Source of the DNA: Octopus vulgaris
Lineage: Eukaryota
DNA length: 64,000 nt
Assembly (NCBI GenBank): GCA_951406725.2
Contig: OX597820.1
Span: forward strand, 101,432,001 to 101,496,000
Direction: 5' to 3'
Below the pieces are notes generated by a model. The model saw only the letters and a program-made list of their open reading frames with translations, was not told the origin of the DNA and did no database searches. Positions 45,614 through 57,724 of the stretch are shown here, one piece after another (the stretch's first letter is position 1; every line of letters begins with the position of its first letter). Made by a program: the position numbers and the translations under genes.

Positions 45614-48600
45614 TTTACCTCATTTCTTAAGATATAACTTTGTTCTCATTCAACCTTCTTGTTATTGCTGTGGCAAACGTTGTTATAAGAGGTAAAATCT
45701 CACTGATCTAAGACTGTAGAGTGATTTTAATTTCTGGCTGAAGCCATTCTATTTTTCTTCTACCATTAGTGCCCTTAGGAAAGGCATGCTTCTCACAACT
45801 TCTCATTGTCTGCTTTTTTAAAATGCGGGACGCATGTGCTTTGTGGAAAAACTACCTCTAATATTCCATTAAATGTTATCTCTCTTGTGGAACAAAATAT
45901 ATTTTGTTGGACTCATGATTATTGATTAAATATGTTATATGTAATCTGAATTTGATGTTTGACAAGAATGGCTTCTCATATTTTGCTAGTGTGTGATTGA
46001 AAAGTACAAACATTATAACATTATAACATTTTATTTCTCCACCCAACAGATGTAACGCTTCATATTTGACTTAAAATCTTATCAGGTTTGACATAGTCAC
46101 TCATTTTTTGGGGAGAACGGTCAACAAGTATCAATAACACCCTGGCTCAGTTTAATTAATTACACAAATTTCCCCCTATATTCACTTTGTGGCTAAGGAA
46201 GAAATTATTATGTATGTTGTAGCAGGAGAATGGCAGTGGTCTTAAGAATATGCTGGATTTATTTGTAGCTTCTGTTGCTGACATTCAGCACAAGAAGCTT
46301 TATTGTCGATGTCTTGTATATCACTTCATCTTCAAGTGGTATTGGTATGAAACTATTCCTTTTAGATTGTAGACTCTGTCACTCATAATGTTTTTGTATT
46401 CTAGCAGTTATATAAAAAAAAAATGCAATGTTGTGATTATAAGAAGAAAAAAATGTAGGTGTGGAGGCTAATTACTTGATATAGTATTGAATTATTATTC
46501 ATTATGTATGCTTGGAAATCCAGCACAAACTTCAGTTGATTCTAATGAAGTAATTAAAGTTACAGTCAACTGGGCTTCAGAAGGGTTTTTTTAATATTTA
46601 TTGTCATATAGTACCAAATTTTGAGGTGAAGAGTATGCTTATTGTAAGAATTCTAGTAAGGGATTGGTAGACATGTTGTCAGTTTTGGTGTGATGGAAGT
46701 TAGTTTTGATTTATGCATAATTCAATCCCAGACAGTATAGATGGCCAAAAATAAACCCTGAAATGTATCGGGTAATCATTATGACTTTGTTAGGCCAGCA
46801 ACAAGTTATTGAGTTAATGAAGATTGTTTAAATCTATATAATTGTAAGAAAGAATTAAAATGTATGTTTTGTGGAAGAAAATTACAGAAATTATAAAACA
46901 GTAAAGTAAATCCCTTAGACATTACTGCTTTAAGTCCTAGGACTCATGGGGCTGGTATCTGGTGTCTATAGTGTATAAGTGACCGAGATTACAACATTTT
47001 CCCTGAATGGGATGCTAGTCCATTGCAGAGTTAGTCATGAACGAATGAGTGGACTGGAGCAATGTGAAATGATGTTTTTCTCAAGAACACAATGTACCGT
47101 TCATCTGGGAACCAAAACTATAATCCTGTAATCATGAGTGCCACACCCTAACTACTAGTCTACATACCTTCTGCTATAAAACTTGACAACTATAATAAGA
47201 CTAAACTCAAATGTATGCAGTTAATGAATGAGGCAAGTAGAGGTAAACTAGAAATTCCTATTAAGCTGTGGTCTGTGACACTACTGTATGTAATTCATGG
47301 AGATTTATAATTCTGTTTCTTTTTTTTTTATCACTGCCTTGAGAAAGGTCTGAATGTCTGTTGTACAACCTTTTTTCCATTCCTGTATAAGGTCTGATTT
47401 GTTTTTCCTATGAAAGGGATTATTATTATTCAAAGATCTTAAGGCAGCAAACTGGCGGAATCATTTGTGCAGCGGATAAAATGCTTAGTGGCATTTCTTT
47501 TGGCATTATGTTCTGAGTTCAAATTCCACTGAGGAGACGGCGACTTTGTTTTTGATCCTTTCATGGGTCAATAAGATAAGTACCAGTTGGTCACTGGGGT
47601 TGATGTAATTGACTTACCACCTCTCTCTAAATTTGCTGGCCTTGTGCCAAAATTTAAAATTATATTAACAGTGTTGAGCTGATATAATCGTTAGCATGCT
47701 GGACAAAAATACTGCTAAGTATTTTGTTTATCTTTACATTCTGAGTTCAAATCCTGCCGAGTTGACTTTGCCTTTCATACTTTCAGGATCAATAAAACAA
47801 ATACCTAAGCACTCGTGGGGTCAATGTAATTGACTAGCCTCTTTCCCCAAAATTTCAGGCCTTGTGTATAAAGAATTTTTATTATAGACTTAACTCCATT
47901 TGGGATATCCCAAGTAGACAATTCCTATTTCGTTATGTAAGTATATCAAATTTTCTGTCATGGAATTGTTTTAATGCAAGCAAAAGCTTTGTGTAACGCC
48001 TGATTCAAGCTTTCACTGAGATTCTCTGCAAAGATGTATAAGAAGCATGGAAATGGGTCTAGTTCACGAACAAAATGTTTTGTTCCTCATATCTTCCTAG
48101 CTAAGGCTAACGATAGGTTGATGATAAATACCTTTTAATATAGTCAGATTTCCTTAAATTTTTTTACTGAGGTAGAAACTTAAGAGCCTAATCTATTATC
48201 TTATATAGATTTTCCATCCATTTTGGGTGACTTTCTTGATCTTATACGGTTGCATATTATTTATGCAATTACTTTTTTTTTATATTTGTTAAATGTGTTT
48301 TCAATCACAAACCACTCAATCATGAAGCCAAGGAGTAAGGAAGACTAAGTTATGTCCCTTAACTCTAATATATATATATATATATATATAAAATTGAAGA
48401 AGAGTAGAAATTGATATTAATCAATTAAAACCAGTGGCCTAGCATATTAAAAAAATCCGAAGATTAAAATATTTTTTACATACAAAATTATATCTAGCAT
48501 ATTGACCGTCCACTTTTAGTGGTCAGTCCTTTAAATTATGTATATATATATATATATATATATATGAATATATGGAATTTGATTTATTAAGTATGAATAT

Positions 48601-48690
48601 TGCTTGTTCTCAGGCTACAAAGCCAAGATATACTACATGTATACACAAATACATGCATAATATATGCACATATATATATATATATATATA

Positions 48691-48806
48691 TTTATTATAT
48701 AGAAGGAGCTTCTACAGGACTAGTACTGTTTCATTCAAGAGAAATCTTCAGGAAGATTTCTCTTGAATGAAACAGTACTAGTCTGTAACTCCTTCTATAT
48801 AATAAA
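48691..48806. repeat. Near-perfect long palindrome
   Basis: 32-bp perfect arms 48718-48749 and 48752-48783 around a 2-nt centre, plus 18-bp outer arms. Confidence 0.95.
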
Positions 48807-49537
48807 TTAATCTTACTCTGCTATGTATTGAGTACCTTACTTACTGTGGTTAACCCCGAATCAACCCGGGACCTACATATATATATATATATATATATAC
48901 ACCATGGACTCTCCCATCTTTAGATGATGTACAAGGGTTCAGCAAGAAATTATCAAACAAACACACAGATGATTTGTTTATAGTGATCAAATGTTTGTGT
49001 TCACATAAGCTCATTCCCTCCATCAAATCGACATTACCTGTACAGGTGCACCATGTGCCACATGTCAGATAACGAAATAATCACAAAGCAATGTGAAATG
49101 TAGTGATTTGCTCAAGAACACAATGCAACGCCTGGCCTGGGAATCGAACTCATGATCTTGCAATCATCAGTGCAACACCCTAACCACTAAGCCATGCACC
49201 TTCACACACACATATATATTTATATTCATACATATCCTTCTATTTATAAACACTAATGATAAGGTAGCTACTGAAGGATCTGCTCTCACTGGCTGCTGCT
49301 GCTACTGAGGCAGTTTTTCATCTCTGATATTTATTCCGTTTTTTACACAGCATGTTCATAAGAGATGTTATTTTAGGACTAATATCAGATATATTTTTAT
49401 ATTGTTGAGCAGTATATTACTGATTATGGCATATAACAAATGTCTATATTCTGATTGATTATATATACAGTGTATATATACGTGTATGCTTCTTCCATGG
49501 GTATGAGTAAGTATCTCATTTACTTCTTTGCCACATG

Positions 49538-49596
49538 TATCACTGATGAAGGGAGGGTTCTTTTTGAACTAACCCTGAAATCGGTTTGATATGGTA
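49538..49596 (+). ncRNA. Minimal type I hammerhead ribozyme, paralog of 44610-44670
   Basis: Stem I TATCA/TGGTA, core CTGATGA (49543-49549), stem II AGGG/CCCT with extension GGTTC/GAACT, GAAA (49577-49580), stem III A-TCGG-T-TTGA-T, triplet AUA; downstream flank homologous to 44671-44800. Confidence 0.75.
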
Positions 49597-49753
49597 ATAA
49601 TGGAATTTTTTAGAGATTTCTGTTGGCCTTTTTTCGAGTAGTGTGCGTACTGGGGAAAAAAATTATATGGTAAATGGACAATATGTCCAATTTTCGGCAT
49701 ATTTGGCATTAGAAATTTTTTTTCGTTTGCCCTTATTTATAAGTTGTATATAT

Positions 49754-49788
<35 letters not shown>

Positions 49789-51592
49789 TCTATATATATA
49801 TATCTTTTATCTTCTATTGTTTCAGCCATTTGACTGTGGTGATGGTGGGACACCTCTTTGAAAGGTTTTAGTTGAACAAATTGACCCAGAACTTATTTCT
49901 TTTAAAGCCTAGTAGTGATTCTATTGGTCGTTTTTGCCAAACTGCTAAATTATGGGACAAACCCCCCCACACCCCACACACATACATACATACATATATA
50001 CATATGAATGACAGGCTTCTTTCAGGTTTCTGTTTACTAAATCCATTCACAAAGCTTTGGTTGGTCTGAGGCTATAGCAGAATACGCTTGCCCAAAGTGT
50101 CACACTGTTGAATTGAACTCAAAACCATTTGTTTGGGAATCAAGCTTCTTACCACACACACGCACGCACACATTGTACATGACAGAAGAAAATAGTGTGA
50201 AATGGTTTACTCATAACAGCTTTACATGTGTTTCAGTGACTATTACATAATCATTTACATCATATTCAATGCTACGTGTGACCACTTCTTTTTCAGAAAC
50301 AGTATAAGAAGTGAGGAAGCATGTATCATGATAGATGCTTAATAGCTGTTTGAAATAGAGACACTGTAGATTAGTAGCAGGTATGTAATCTGGTCTCAGC
50401 TTAATAGATTACATAATTAATTTCCAATCATATAGATCAGAGTGTAATATAAAAGTTAAATGTAGAATGAATAGTATAATAGTAGTGAATCATACAGACA
50501 CATACATATAATACACATGCATATATATATATATATATATATATATCATCCTCGTTTAACATCTGTTCTCCATGCTAGCATGTGTTGGACGGTTCGACCG
50601 GGATCTGGGAAGCCAGAAGGCTGCATCAGGCTCCAGTCTGATCTGGCAGTGTTTCTACAGCTGGATGCCCTTCCTAACGCCAACCACTCCGTGAGTGTAG
50701 TGGGCGCATTTTAAGTGCCAGGCGAGGCTGGCAATGGCCATGATCGGATTGCTTGAATAATATCCATAGCTTCACATTTTTATATGTGTGTGTGTGTATT
50801 TATATGTAGATTTGGTGGATCAAATAGAAGACACAGAATGCATGTGATAAAAATATATATGTTATTAAATGCTTGCAAAGTTTCATAGAGCAAGAGCCAA
50901 GAGTTTTGTGCATGGACTTCATGAAACAGTTTGATAAGTGACTGCATAAAACTATGTGCTTGAGTGCTTGAATCATTTTGTAACTTTCATACAATCAAAA
51001 CAAAGAAGTATATATATACACACACACACACACAGACATACACACACACACAGTATATACATAATGTTAATGCACAAAACAAAATACATAAAATTCTTTG
51101 AGAACATTAATCATGGACAAACGAAAGAAAATATTTTGATTTAAATATACTACTGGTTTCAAACATTTTTACAAAGCAATTTAGTCTTGCTGTAGGAGAA
51201 GGGAAAATGAGCTGATATAAATTACATTAATCTTTTATGCTATCAGTTCTAGAAGTTCACATGTTTTTCATGTGAAATTTGTAAGAAAAATGTGTGATAT
51301 CATGGAAATTTAATTCAGTTTAATTTATTTCAATTGTTTTCCACTCTGTAAAGTGGTTGACATTAGGAAGGGCATTCCACCATAAAAAAAACCTCTGGTT
51401 TGCCAACTCCTGTCTAGCTGTCCAACCTATGCCAGCATGGAAAAGAAATGTTATATGATAAGTTTTCCCTTCTCTTACAGTTTAACTAAATCATTTTATA
51501 AAATGATTGAAATCTATAACAAATTTGAATAAAATGTAGAAATTTCTTTCATTTGTTCATAATGATATTCTCAAAGCATTTTATTCTATTCG

Positions 51593-51635
<43 letters not shown>

Positions 51636-53056
51636 CAGAAACATGTTATACATTTTTAATACTAACAACGAAGACGAAACTTGAATAAAGTTTTATTTTA
51701 AAATTTTCTGAGTTGCTTCTTTTATTGAAATATTTATTAGCTATTGATTCATTTGATTCTCTTTGCTTATTGATTGACCTTGAATAACCATATTTTGAGT
51801 GTAATGTAATCTATGTGATTCTGACCCTCTAAGCTTGAGCTTTCTGTTTTGATGTCTTCATTGTGAACCTTATTTGCTCTCTTTTCTCTGTCAGCATCAT
51901 TTAATACCAACTCTCTGTATGTTTATTCACCCAGCATGTGTTGTAACAAGCTAATACCCGGGTACTTACTTTTCCTTGCATTAATAGTAATCCCTACTAA
52001 GCCATGAGGTTGTTAACTTGTAGGAGAGAGCTGTAATTGATTGAATGTTAACCGTTGTTTTGAGATCTGAACTTTAAATGTTTCCTTTTCTTTTTATCTT
52101 TTCATGCACCATATTGCCTTGTTGAAGCGTTTCTGAGGTTCTCAGCCTTTTCGAAGTTTGGTGCCCTCTCAGTTCACTGAATGGCTTTTTACAAACACTT
52201 CCTTCTCAAGTTTTGCCTCCACCCAAAATGTCACTTTATGTGATGGTTTATTATCTTATCCTGCATGTCCCTAGTTCACCCATGACATTTGCTGCTCTTC
52301 TTGTGAACTAACTATGTCCACATAGAGTGCTATCATCCAGATCAAGAACCATTACTCTTACCTGCTATTAGTTTGTCAGAGCCCCTCCATCTTTAAGCTA
52401 TACCCACACAAGAACCTGATAAGCAGTACATTTGCTTACATTTCTCTACAGCAAATATACTGCTTATCATTTTTACAGGACTGCCAATGCTTGGGACAAC
52501 AAATAGTCTCTGCCCTGTGGAAGTTAGATATCACAGCAGAAACTAGGTTATGTAACAGTTTATGTGTGTTGGACATGAGTATAGTATATAGCTTAGGAGA
52601 CAAGCTTTAAACATCTGGGAATAGGTTGGATTTTTCTAATTATCAAATATGGTTCTTTATTTGATCTTCATCTTCTTTTCTACACTCTCCTACACAAGTA
52701 TAAATAACTGTTGATACTCTATCACATTAATGTGTAATCAGTATATTATTTACCCAAGTTCCTAGATAATTTCTTCAGTTGATTTATCTAATTAGTACTT
52801 TTGTAAAAGCTAGGAATGCCAAATTTTTTCTATGAATGTCGATTATTTTCCAATAAATATAAATTTTCATTCTTTTTTAAAACATGAAATCTTGTACTTA
52901 GTCAAAAAGAAACAAATATAATGTTCAATCATCCCTGTTTCTGGTTTAGTCCCGTTACATGGTAACTTGTGCAAATGTTTTCTACTATTGTTACGAAATA
53001 AGTAAGACATTGTGAGTTGAGCTGGTTGGCAGAAACTGAAAAGTTAGTTTATTCGT

Positions 53057-53064
53057 ATATATAT

Positions 53065-53139
<75 letters not shown>

Positions 53140-53230
53140 CATATATATACACACATATATATATATATATACATATATATACACACATATATACATATAT
53201 ATATATATACATATATATACACAGATATGT

Positions 53231-53261
<31 letters not shown>

Positions 53262-53275
53262 TATACATACATATA
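53057..53275. repeat. Compound (CA)n/(TA)n microsatellite
   Basis: Direct reading. Confidence 0.95.
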
Positions 53276-53906
53276 CGTAGTTCATATCGCGAGAATAGGT
53301 GAGAGTGATCTCCCTTGAGTAAATATTGCGCTTTCTGGAACTTTAACGATTTTTATTACATCAGCTTTGACATTTTTCAAACAATAACTATAAATTAAAT
53401 ATAAGAATATGTTAGAACAAAATAACTGTTGGTTATTATATCGAAACCACTACATAAATTGACTCCAAGTTTCATCAAAAATGACATGAACTTAGTAAAT
53501 CGCAATCTAGAAAGATTATATGTAAGTGGTGATTCTTGGTAACTTTCGTGTGAAGAGTATTGTTACGAGATAATAGGATAGTGATTATAAACATTAACTA
53601 AATATTCAGAATAGCTGTTTAAGTAATGGGTGCGAGAGTTCAATCCTACATTTGTAGTGTGATAAATTGGTGCGGTCTAAATTCTGAGAATGTTATAGAA
53701 TGCAACAGAAAGCACCTCAAGAAGACTGAAGGTTGTAATAGCTGACATGCTTTAACTACAACAACTGAGGAAACTGATCGAAATATATTAGTGTATAATC
53801 TATCTATCCATCTACCTATCTATCTATCTGTCTGTCTGCCCACCTAACATAAAACATTGGTTTTATGCACGTATGTATATATGCACGCATGTATGTATGT
53901 ATGTAT

Positions 53907-54321
53907 GGCGGCGAGCTGGCAGAAACGTTAGCATTCCGGGCGAAATGCTTAGTGGTATTTCGTCTGCCGCTACGTTCTGAGTTCAGATTCCGCCGAGGTC
54001 GACTTTGCCTTTCATCCTTTCGGGGTCGATAAATTAAGTACCAGTTACGCACTGGGGTCGATATAATCGGCTTATTCCGTTTGTCTGTCCTTGTTTGTTC
54101 TCTCTGTGTTTAGCCCCTTGTGGGTAGTAAAGAAATAGGTATTTCGTCTGCCGTTACCTTGTGAGTACAAATTCCGCCGATGTCGACTTTGTCTTTTATC
54201 CTTTCGGGGTCGATAAATTAAGTACCAGTTACACACTGGGTTCGATGTAATCGACTTAATACCTATGTCTGTCGTTGTTTGTCCCCTCTGTGTTTAGCCC
54301 CTTGTGGGTAATAATGAAATA
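53907..54321 (+). mobile_element. tRNA-derived SINE with Deu/Nin-type central domain (partial tandem duplication); copies at ~1290-1481(-), 24058-24440(-), 40592-40809(-), 47442-47875(+)
   Basis: Central GCCTTTCATCCTTTCGGGGTCGATAAATTAAGTACCAG resembles the Deu/Nin conserved domain; B-box-like GAGTTCAGATTCC. Confidence 0.8.
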
Positions 54322-54760
54322 TATGTATCTTCAATTTTTTTAATTATAAATCTTCCACTGAGGAAGAAGTCGGTTTCCAACATAGATACAAGGCTCTATC
54401 TTTAGGATGTAGTTAACACAGACAAATTCACATCTAGAATTTGAGAAAAACCTTGCATATTTTTACTGTTCCACTCACAGATTGCACTTGTAATATATGA
54501 ATCGGCCGGTCAGTTTCTCTTCCTGGAAGTTCCAGCTTATCCAGATTCTCCTTTAAGCATCCTCTGACAAAACCTAATGCTCCCATTATTATTGGGATGA
54601 ATATGAATTCATAGTCTGTATAAAGAAGCCGGAGGTTTCGAAACAGTTGTCCATAGATATCTCCTTTTTCTTTGATTTTCAAAGAGATCTCCAGGGCAGC
54701 TGACCTCTATGATGGTACATACCCTTGCCCCTCTGTCTCAAAAAACAATATCCAGCCTAT
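54320..54760 (-). mobile_element. Restriction-like-endonuclease non-LTR retrotransposon (R4/Dong-like) C-terminal fragment
   Basis: Minus-strand fragments RLDIVF..CTIIEVSCP and KEK..Y..L...IPIIMGALG resemble a PD-(D/E)xK REL domain. Confidence 0.65.
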
Positions 54761-55225
54761 ATATATATATATATATAAACAATTAAATATAAATTTTTAC
54801 CAGTGGTCAGCTTGATTAATTAATTAATTAGTTAAGGCCGAAATTTCGAAGTACGGGAATGACTAATCATTTTTTAATTCTCTCAAATTGTCTTGCTCGC
54901 CTACATTCAACATAGAATAAGAATAATCTTTTTCGTGGTAAGGGATTTAACTCCTATTTCTAACGTGTTAGAAAACTACTTAGTGGCTTTTCCCCTTCGG
55001 GCATAATTTTTATACACACATATTATATATATATATCAGTATCGCACGAGGGGTTCAATGGAATGTTAGGTAACAACCCGATTATGTGAATCTGTGCTCT
55101 TAGACATGGCAGTTATGGAATGAAAATAAAAAATGGATATATAATACTGTACACTTCGATTAATAAGCCCACCCTACTGACAAATATATGAGTATATTTC
55201 TTTCTGACTTATGGATTATTAGACG

Positions 55226-55227
<2 letters not shown>

Positions 55228-55280
<53 letters not shown>

Positions 55281-55487
55281 CATGTATGTATATATAAATG
55301 TATATATATATGTGTGTATACATATATGTATATATATATATGCACATATATATATATGTATATGTATATATATATATATGTATATATATGTATATATATA
55401 TGTATATATGTGTATATATGTATATATATACATATATATATATAAATATATATACATATATGCATACATATATATATACACATATAC

Positions 55488-55534
<47 letters not shown>

Positions 55535-55616
55535 CATATGTATACACACGCGCGCTCGTACGCAGACATGCATACATGTGTGTGTATTTACATGCGCGTG
55601 CACACACACACACACA
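55228..55616. repeat. Compound (TA)n/(CA)n microsatellite
   Basis: Direct reading. Confidence 0.95.
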
Positions 55617-55631
55617 TTATTGGAAAATCTT

Positions 55632-55898
55632 GAGTCAACAAGAATGAGTACGGTTGGACATTTATTTTCAATCACTACAATTGTTTCTACGTAACGTAGT
55701 TCGCCAGGCGTGCAAGTACTTGATTATGCAACTGTTTCCCTGCGTTATGAAATCGAGTAGTGTTTCCTCAGGCGATATGTAGATATTCATATTTCGCCTG
55801 ATGAAACACAACTAGATCTCATAATCCAGGAAAAATGCGTAGAAACAATTGTAGTGATTGAAAGTAAATGTCCAACCGTATTCCTTCTTGTTAACTCC
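55632..55898. repeat. ~270-bp fold-back of two inverted hammerhead-bearing repeats
   Basis: Outer 60-bp arms (4 mismatches) and inner ~40-bp arms, centred near 55784. Confidence 0.85.
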
Positions 55899-56224
55899 AA
55901 ATTTTTTTCTGTTATCTATTCACACACGACAAAAGCCCAAACTCACGTGCGTGCACGCACACACACACATGCGCGCACACACGCACGCATGCACACACAC
56001 ATACACACGAACACATGTACATATACTGCAGGCATGTGTGCATTGTTAGAAGTTGGTTTTGGAACCACAAGCTTCCAGGTTCAATCCTACTACCTGCACC
56101 TTGGGCCACTGTCTTCTGCAACAACGCTGGGACCAACCGATGCCTTGTGAATGAATTTCGTAGGCGGAAACTGTGTGGAAGACCACCATATACATATATA
56201 CATACACACATACATATATCAGTG

Positions 56225-56256
<32 letters not shown>

Positions 56257-56305
56257 TGTATGTATGTATGTATGTATGTATGTACCCGTGTTTCTCCTCC
56301 GTCTA

Positions 56306-56757
56306 CCGTAAATCCTCGAGTATAATCGCATTTTTTCCCCAAAATTTAAAGGTCAAAATCCATAGTATGTACTATATACGAGGTTAAAAATGAAAAATAT
56401 TTTCTAAGCAATGTCCGAGTCTCTATTTGCTGTCCGGCAATGTTTATTCAGACACATTTTGTGATGTCGGGCGCGAAAATACCTTAAGCTAAGCCTGAAA
56501 GCAATGAAGTCATAAAAGAATCATCCATAACTTGCAGTAAGCAACATTTATTAAAATAAAAGTATTCAGAACACACAATAACATATAACAAAAACAATTT
56601 GCAAACATTTTTTTCTGTTATCTATTCACACACGACAAAAGCCCAAACTCAGAAGGGGTGCGTATTATACACAAGGTTTAGACTTTTCAGAGGTACAGCC
56701 CCCTAAAAATCTCCTGCGTATTATACTGAAGGGCGGGCTATACTCGAGGATTTACGG
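56306..56757. mobile_element. Tc1/mariner-superfamily MITE, TA TSD, inserted in a SINE
   Basis: TIR CCGTAAATCCTCGAGTATA / TATACTCGAGGATTTACGG flanked by TA; the host SINE resumes after 56760. Confidence 0.9.
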
Positions 56758-56836
56758 TACTTAAACATAACGGTTCGGCGAAAGAAGACAATAGATTAAG
56801 TACCAATGACTTAAGAAAATAATACACAAGCACAAA

Positions 56837-56898
56837 CACGCACGCACGCACGCTCGCACGCACGCAAGCACGCACGCACCCACGCACGCACGCACACA

Positions 56899-56988
<90 letters not shown>
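56837..56988. repeat. (CACG)n-(CA)n microsatellite
   Basis: Direct reading. Confidence 0.95.
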
Positions 56989-56990
<2 letters not shown>

Positions 56991-57657
56991 GTTACTAATC
57001 ATACGGTCACGGTGTCGGCAAATCAAAACGAATGCTCAATGCGTTAGAGAACAGATTGTAACAGTTTTTATTTCAAAGGTTACTTACAATTTGCGAAATG
57101 TTTCATCTGGATGACGGCACAACCGAATACAGATTTATCAGAATAAACAATAAAACAGAGATATGGCTAGGAGATGTTTACAGGGGATGAGAGTGGGACC
57201 ATGTCTACGTGTTGTGTGTGTGTGTGAACGTTGGTGGTGAGTCTCAAGTAATGTGGGGGGCAGAAGTCTTCAGCGGAGGGGAAAACATTAAAAAGGATAG
57301 AACACTATCACCCCGTCGGGTGTTCACACACGCTCATCCACATATAAATTCAATAGAATCAGATAACATATACATACATATATGTTAGATCGCTAGCCAC
57401 TACACATTTTTTACATACATATATACTCTTTACTCTCTCTTTTACTCTTTTACTTGTTTCAGTCATTTGACTGCGGCCATGCTGGAGCACCGCCTTTAGT
57501 CGAGCAAATCGACCCCGGGACTTATTCTTCGTAAGCCCAGTACTTATTCTATCGGTCTCTTTTGCCGAACCGCTAAGTGACGGGGACGTAAACACACCAG
57601 CATTGGTTGTCAAGCAATGCTAGAGGGACAAACACAGACAAACATATACACACACAT

Positions 57658-57724
<67 letters not shown>

